From: Candidatus Aceula lacicola
Lineage (GTDB): Bacteria > Omnitrophota > Gorgyraeia > Zapsychrales > Aceulaceae
Direction: 5' to 3'
Assembly (NCBI GenBank): GCA_030765785.1
Contig: JAVCCC010000032.1
Location: 5,787 to 69,786 of the forward strand
DNA: 64,000 nt
Shown: piece after piece, positions 58,952-64,000 of the stretch
How positions within the stretch are numbered: the stretch's first letter is position 1
How the letters are laid out: every line of letters begins with the position of its first letter
The notes under the pieces: generated by a model
The model's database searches: none
What the model saw: only the letters and a program-made list of their open reading frames with translations
Told to the model about the DNA's origin: nothing
Program-made: the position numbers and the translations under genes

Positions 58952-59578
58952 ATGTTATCCTACGAGCGTAAAGCAAAAAAACACGGGTTTCAGACAATTG
59001 TTGGAATCGATGAAGCGGGACGTGGTCCTTTGGCCGGCCCTGTTGTTGCTTGCGCTGTTTTGCTCAAGAGTTATGACTTTGAGTCTATCATTCGAGATTC
59101 AAAGAAAATGACGCCGAAACAGAGGCAAATTGCTTATCGTGAAATTCAGGAAAAAGCTTATGTTGGCACAGGGTTAAGCGATGCAAAGCTCATTGATCAC
59201 ATCAATATTCTCAAAGCAACGTTTCATGCGATGACGCTAGCCGCTGAAGACCTTTTTTCTAAATTGCCAGAATCTAAGGCTTCAAGAAATCAGCTTCAAA
59301 AACAAACATGTTTGTTTGTTGACGGAAATGCGTTTGAAACACATCTGCCTTTTAAATATCAAGCGATTGTTCAGGGCGATTCTTTAAGTCTTTCAATTGC
59401 ATGTGCATCCATTGCTGCCAAAGTGACGCGAGATCATATGATGGAAAATTATGATAATGCGTTTCCAGGATACGAATTCAAGACACACAAAGGGTATCCG
59501 ACAGCACTTCACAAAGAAAAGATTAAAGAGCTTGGTCTTTCTCCAATTCATCGAAAAACATTTAAATATTGGAAATAG
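58952..59578 (+). CDS. rnhB: Ribonuclease HII
   Basis: GIDEAGRGPLAGPV, DSKK, AKVTRD, HKGY, IHRKTF. Confidence 0.96.
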   Translation: MLSYERKAKKHGFQTIVGIDEAGRGPLAGPVVACAVLLKSYDFESIIRDSKKMTPKQRQIAYREIQEKAYVGTGLSDAKLIDHINILKATFHAMTLAAEDLFSKLPESKASRNQLQKQTCLFVDGNAFETHLPFKYQAIVQGDSLSLSIACASIAAKVTRDHMMENYDNAFPGYEFKTHKGYPTALHKEKIKELGLSPIHRKTFKYWK

Positions 59579-59962
59579 ATGAGCGTTAAGCGTAACCAGA
59601 TTGGCCGAGAAGGCGAAGATTTAGCTCAAGATTTCTTAATAAAAAACGGCTATAAGATTTTAGAGCGAAATTATCGCAATTCTTTAGGCGAGATTGATTT
59701 TATTGCTAAAGATAAGAATGTCACTTGCTTTGTGGAAGTTAAAACTCGGTCAAACGAAAGCAAAGGGTCGCCAATGGAGGCGGTCACATTTCAAAAGCAG
59801 CGTAAAATTTCTCAAGTTTCACTAATGTATTTGAAAAATACCAAAACGATGGATAAGGAAGCCCGTTTTGACGTTGTTTCAGTTCTAAAGCGACCCTATG
59901 ATGAGCCAGAAATTGATATTGTCAAGGACGCTTTTCCGCTGTCAGAGCCCTATGCTTATTAA
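59579..59962 (+). CDS. yraN: YraN family endonuclease (UPF0102)
   Basis: GEIDFIA, FVEVKTR, RFDVV; follows rnhB. Confidence 0.92.
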   Translation: MSVKRNQIGREGEDLAQDFLIKNGYKILERNYRNSLGEIDFIAKDKNVTCFVEVKTRSNESKGSPMEAVTFQKQRKISQVSLMYLKNTKTMDKEARFDVVSVLKRPYDEPEIDIVKDAFPLSEPYAY

Positions 59963-60073
59963 ATATATATACTAATAAAACTAAGAAGATAATTGCAAAA
60001 ATATTGAAATTAAGTTATTATAATCACGCATCATCTTCTATTCCTACAGGTTGCATATAATCATAGATTCGAT

Positions 60074-60559
60074 ATGACACAATATAAAAATTATTCATTA
60101 TCAAAATATTTGGACCGTCTTTCGTCAAAAGATCCTGCACCTGGAGGAGGATCTGCATCAGCTTTGGTTTCGGCAACGGGAGCAAGTCTTGTTTCGATGG
60201 TGGCTCGTTACTCTTTGGGGCGCAAGCAGCCTAAATTTGTTGAATCAAAGATTAAGAGCATTTTGAGTAAAAGCGAAAAGATTCGAAAGCGTCTATTGGT
60301 TTTAGTTGATTTGGACGCACAGGCATATCTTCAGGTTGTTAAGGTGCGCAAAGGAACAGAAGCGCAAAAAAAGAAGGCTAAGAAAAAAGCATGCGATATT
60401 CCTTTGGAGATTTGTCGACTATCCTATGCTGCGATTCAGCTAGCACCATTTTTAGTTGAAAAGGGTAATCCGTATTTGTTGAGTGATGTTAAATGTGCGA
60501 TTGAGATGCTTTTGGCTGGATTTCAATCAGCACTTGCCAATGTTGAAGCAAATCAATAG
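60074..60559 (+). CDS. fchA: Cyclodeaminase/cyclohydrolase family protein (FchA-like methenyl-THF cyclohydrolase)
   Basis: PAPGGGSASA, DLDAQAY, GNPYLLSD, NVEAN; directly upstream of folD. Confidence 0.8.
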   Translation: MTQYKNYSLSKYLDRLSSKDPAPGGGSASALVSATGASLVSMVARYSLGRKQPKFVESKIKSILSKSEKIRKRLLVLVDLDAQAYLQVVKVRKGTEAQKKKAKKKACDIPLEICRLSYAAIQLAPFLVEKGNPYLLSDVKCAIEMLLAGFQSALANVEANQ

Positions 60560-60577
60560 CCGTACAAAAGAGGTTTT

Positions 60578-61444
60578 ATGAGCGCACAATTATTGGACGG
60601 AAAAATTTTAGCGAAGAATTTAAAAGAAGATCTTTGTACAGAAATCGTTGGTTTAAAATCTAAGACAGGGAAGGCTCCTGTTGTGGTTAACATTATGATT
60701 GGCGATGATCATGCGGCATGTGCGTATGCAAAATCTCAACAAAAAGTTGCTGAATATATTGGCATTGATTATAGGCTTAATATTTTAGGTAAAGATATAA
60801 CTGAAGACAATCTTTCAAAGCACATAAAAGAATTAAACAGCAATCCTAAAATTAATGGCATTATGGTTCATAAGCCGGTGCCAAAACAAATTAATCATCA
60901 GACGGTATCCAATCGTATTGATATGGTAAAAGATTTAGAAGGGGTGAATGTTGGTAATGTCGGAAAAATGCTTTTAGGTCAGACGAATATTATTCCTTGT
61001 ACGCCTGCAGCAGTTATGGAACATATCAAATCAACAAAGATCGATCTAAGAGGAAAAGAAGTTGTTGTTGTTGGTCATAGCGAGATTGTTGGAAAGCCAC
61101 TTAGTCTTTTGCTCCTTCAAGAAATGGCAACTGTGACTGTGTGTCATGTTGCAACCAGCGAAGCGGGAAAATTAGTTGATCATATTGCAAGAGCTGATGT
61201 TTTGATTGTTGCTGTTGGAAAAGCAGGATTAATTAAAGGGGATTGGATTAAGCAAGGTGCTGTTGTTATCGATGTTGGTATCAATCAGGTCGGCTCAAAG
61301 ATTGTTGGCGATGTAGAATTTGATGTTGCTAAAAAGAAAGCCGCATTTATTACACCTGTTCCAGGAGGAGTTGGACCTGTTACAGTTGTTATGTTAATGA
61401 AAAACGCGATCGAAGCGTTTAAGTGTCAATTAAAGGACGGTTAA
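60578..61444 (+). CDS. folD: Methylene-THF dehydrogenase FolD (probably lacking cyclohydrolase activity)
   Basis: PCTP, GHSEIVGKP, VIDVGIN, GDVEF, TPVPGGVGP; the YxxxK motif is changed to YAKSQ. Confidence 0.93.
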   Translation: MSAQLLDGKILAKNLKEDLCTEIVGLKSKTGKAPVVVNIMIGDDHAACAYAKSQQKVAEYIGIDYRLNILGKDITEDNLSKHIKELNSNPKINGIMVHKPVPKQINHQTVSNRIDMVKDLEGVNVGNVGKMLLGQTNIIPCTPAAVMEHIKSTKIDLRGKEVVVVGHSEIVGKPLSLLLLQEMATVTVCHVATSEAGKLVDHIARADVLIVAVGKAGLIKGDWIKQGAVVIDVGINQVGSKIVGDVEFDVAKKKAAFITPVPGGVGPVTVVMLMKNAIEAFKCQLKDG

Positions 61445-61449
61445 GATTT

Positions 61450-62790
61450 ATGAAGAAGATTGCGATAGTTGGTAATTCTTTAATGAGTATTGCAGCGATT
61501 GAAGAGATTCGTAGCGTCGATCAAGAAAGCAAGATTACTCTTTTTTGTCCTGAAGGCATTTTGCCATACGACAGAGTTCGCTTGCCATCAGTTTTGAGTG
61601 AGCAGATTTCTTTAGAAGATATTTATTGTAAGGCGCAGAGCTATTTTGATGAAAAAAGAGTAAATGTCGTTTTGAATAAGAAAATTGTTAAGGTTCATCC
61701 AAAGCGAAAGCGTGTTGTTTTTGAAGATAAAGAGCAAGAACCTTTTGATGTTTTGATGATTGAAGATTCTGGTTCTTTTGAGCCTTCAGGGGCCAAAAGC
61801 GCAAAAAAACAGGGTGTTTTTACTTTGTATGCGGTAAGTGACATTGAGGAAATTTCAAAAGCTGCTCCGCTATGTGACGTGATTGTTATTCAGCCCAATA
61901 ATCTTTTAATGCTAGAGGCTGCTGTTTATTTAAGAAAGTTTAACAAAGAAGTGATTGTTGTTTGCTCTGATGATTCGTTGCTTTCTAGTGTCGTTGGTAA
62001 AAGTGCGGGCGATTTTTTAGCAAAACGTTTAAGGGAATTTGGAATTCGTGTTATCTTAAACAATGCAATTGCTGAAGTTTTAGGTGAATCTGAAGCGAAG
62101 GCTATCCGGCTGAAGACCGGAAAAGTTTTGGAAAGCCAAGTTATTATTTTAGGAGAGGTCAAAAAGAATTTATTGCTTTTGTCTATTGATGAGACTTTAG
62201 TTGAGCGAAATGATTTTTATACAAAATTTGAAGACATTTTCATTAACAGCGCAATTGAAATTTTGAGCAAGGAACAAGCAGTAGAAGATGTTAAGGCATC
62301 AGATCTTTCCCTTGGCGATAAAGGAAAGATGGTAGGAGCTGCGGTTACAGGTCATCAACAATCGTATCAGCAGGCATTTAAAAAAGTTATTTTTAGTTTA
62401 GGTGATTTAAAGGGTTGTGTCTTGGGCAGTCTAGAAAATGAGAATGCCATTGAGTATGAGCGAATTGATAGGCCTAGCAAGACTTATAAGAAAATCTTTG
62501 TTGCTGATAATGTGATTACAGGGGCGGTATTGATCAACCTTGATCAGGAAGTTGCCCAAATAGAGGATGTTGTGAAAAATAAAATTAATATTTCACAATT
62601 ATCCAGTCATGTATTAGAATTAGATCAGAGCAACGAACCGGCTCAACAAAATTCTTTTCAATCTAATTCTTTACTAGAAACAGAACAAATTCCTGCTGTG
62701 GATAAACAGCAGAATCCTGTTGATATGGTAGCGTCAAGCGATATTTCTGAAGTTCGGATTGAAGACAGTGCGCCTAGCGCAGAGTATTAA
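61450..62790 (+). CDS. NAD(P)/FAD-dependent oxidoreductase-like protein (NirB/rubredoxin reductase-type fold, degenerate)
   Basis: KKIAIVGNS, PYDRVRLP, C-terminal YKKIFV..ITGAVLI; glycine-rich motifs are eroded. Confidence 0.65.
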   Translation: MKKIAIVGNSLMSIAAIEEIRSVDQESKITLFCPEGILPYDRVRLPSVLSEQISLEDIYCKAQSYFDEKRVNVVLNKKIVKVHPKRKRVVFEDKEQEPFDVLMIEDSGSFEPSGAKSAKKQGVFTLYAVSDIEEISKAAPLCDVIVIQPNNLLMLEAAVYLRKFNKEVIVVCSDDSLLSSVVGKSAGDFLAKRLREFGIRVILNNAIAEVLGESEAKAIRLKTGKVLESQVIILGEVKKNLLLLSIDETLVERNDFYTKFEDIFINSAIEILSKEQAVEDVKASDLSLGDKGKMVGAAVTGHQQSYQQAFKKVIFSLGDLKGCVLGSLENENAIEYERIDRPSKTYKKIFVADNVITGAVLINLDQEVAQIEDVVKNKINISQLSSHVLELDQSNEPAQQNSFQSNSLLETEQIPAVDKQQNPVDMVASSDISEVRIEDSAPSAEY

Positions 62791-62796
62791 AAAAAC

Positions 62797-62825
62797 TTGT
62801 CAAAATGACGAAAATATACTATTCT
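62797..62825 (+). promoter_or_regulatory. Putative sigma70 promoter
   Basis: TTGTCA-17 bp-TATTCT upstream of the ATG at 62847. Confidence 0.4.
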
Positions 62826-62846
62826 ATGTATAAACAAGTATCTTTT

Positions 62847-63671
62847 ATGAGAATCTTTTCTTTAGCCCTTATCCTATTTTTAATTCCTATTATTTCTCAA
62901 ACACAAGCGTTTGGCGGTACTAACGAAAAGTTTGAGAAATACCGTATGCGAGGTCTTATGGCCCAGCAGGAAGGACTACTTCAAGAGTCTCTTGAATATT
63001 ATAGGAAAGCTTTGAAAATTGATTCAACGACTCCAGAAATTTATAATGATATTGGTATTGTTAGCGAGCGCATGGGTGATTTGTATGAAGCAAAGCGTAA
63101 TTATTTTAAGGCGCTCGAAATTAATGAAAATTATCTTCCTGCATATTCAAATCTTGCTTATTTGTATAAAAAGCAAGGAGATTTTATAACAGCGATTGAA
63201 TATTTTAAGAAACGTATGAAATTAGGCGGCCCAAAGGATCCTTGGACGCAGGAAGCCGGTGATCAGCTAAGGTATTTAAGTGAGTTTTCACCTGAGCTAA
63301 AGAAGTGGATTATGGCCATTGAGACAGACATGCTTTCAAAAGAAGTCAAAGAGGTATCTAATGTTTTGGCTGAAGTTGAAAAGAAGAAGTTTGACAAACA
63401 AGTTGCGGATGTAAAGAAGTATGTCGATCAGGCACAATCATATGAAGAAGAGGGCCTTTATAAAGCTGCCCTTGCAGAATGTGACAGAGCTTTATCTCTT
63501 GTCCCAGAGAATGCTAAGCTTGTAGAGTACCGAAAGAATATTGTTTTTAAAATAAAAGCGGAGGAGATCAGAAGCAGAGTCAATACAGCATTAAAAAAGT
63601 TAGAATCCGGAGATACCGATTCCTCAAGAGAAGACTTTCGCACGATACTTACCATTATTCCAAGCGAGTAA
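62847..63671 (+). CDS. Secreted tetratricopeptide-repeat protein
   Basis: Signal peptide (MRIFSLALILF..QA); TPR units YRKAL..YNDIG, YFKAL..AYSNLA. Confidence 0.8.
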   Translation: MRIFSLALILFLIPIISQTQAFGGTNEKFEKYRMRGLMAQQEGLLQESLEYYRKALKIDSTTPEIYNDIGIVSERMGDLYEAKRNYFKALEINENYLPAYSNLAYLYKKQGDFITAIEYFKKRMKLGGPKDPWTQEAGDQLRYLSEFSPELKKWIMAIETDMLSKEVKEVSNVLAEVEKKKFDKQVADVKKYVDQAQSYEEEGLYKAALAECDRALSLVPENAKLVEYRKNIVFKIKAEEIRSRVNTALKKLESGDTDSSREDFRTILTIIPSE

Positions 63672-63730
63672 ATCAATTTTTCTAAGAAAATAAGATATTA
63701 AATAAATCATCATCATAAAGTTTTAACAAG

Positions 63731-64000
63731 ATGCCAAAACCTCGTCTCTTTTTAATTGATGCGCATGCGCTTTGCTATCGATCTTTTTTTGCGATCAAGA
63801 GCTTGGCGACAAGTTATGGTCAGCCAACCAATGCTGTCGTTGGGTTTTTAAATACGCTGAAAAAGATTTTAAAGGACTATAAGCCAGAATATATTGCTGC
63901 GTGTTTTGACGTTGGGAAAAAGACGCATCGTCAGGAAAAGTTTTCTGAATATAAGGTAAATCGTCCATCGATGCCAGATGATTTGATTAGCCAGATTCCT
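63731..64000 (+). CDS. polA: DNA polymerase I, 5'-3' exonuclease N-terminus (partial, runs off the window)
   Basis: Translated by eye: MPKPRLFLIDAHALCYRSFFAI..GQPTNAVVGF..FD..THRQEKFSEYKVNRPSMPDDL. Confidence 0.9.
   Translation, partial: MPKPRLFLIDAHALCYRSFFAIKSLATSYGQPTNAVVGFLNTLKKILKDYKPEYIAACFDVGKKTHRQEKFSEYKVNRPSMPDDLISQIP

Overview
AT-rich bacterial chromosomal segment in which every credible gene lies on the + strand. Most of it (9.3-64 kb) is housekeeping content of a diderm bacterium: aroK-dprA-topA-xerC; a lipid A/Kdo/heptose LPS cluster; lptC/A-lptB; tig-clpP; purA; uppS-cdsA-dxr-rseP; proS-rimP-nusA-infB; trpS-scpA-ruvB; queA-tgt-trmD-rplS-rnhB; fchA-folD; and the start of polA. 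Gene content and the large secreted proteins suggest a PVC-related lineage such as Omnitrophota, but this is inference only. The standout is at 1-9.2 kb: two tandem large paralogous proteins share a conserved N-terminal module (with a Sec signal peptide in the complete copy) and a conserved ~60-aa C-terminal tail, but enclose unrelated enzyme cargo. The first carries a PPDK-type ATP-grasp plus phospho-His swivel without the PEP barrel. The second carries an HExxH membrane segment plus a circularly permuted enolase with intact catalytic residues, and it sits behind a sigma70 promoter with tandem LacI-type operators. This looks like a polymorphic exported 'carrier + metabolic cargo' system. Other oddities are tandem secreted serpins with diverged P1 residues, an orphan CpaF/TadA, a PPIase-less trigger factor, an LptC-LptA fusion, an LpxL-ELM1 fusion and a probably monofunctional FolD paired with FchA. 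No rRNA, tRNA, CRISPR array or transposase was recognised.
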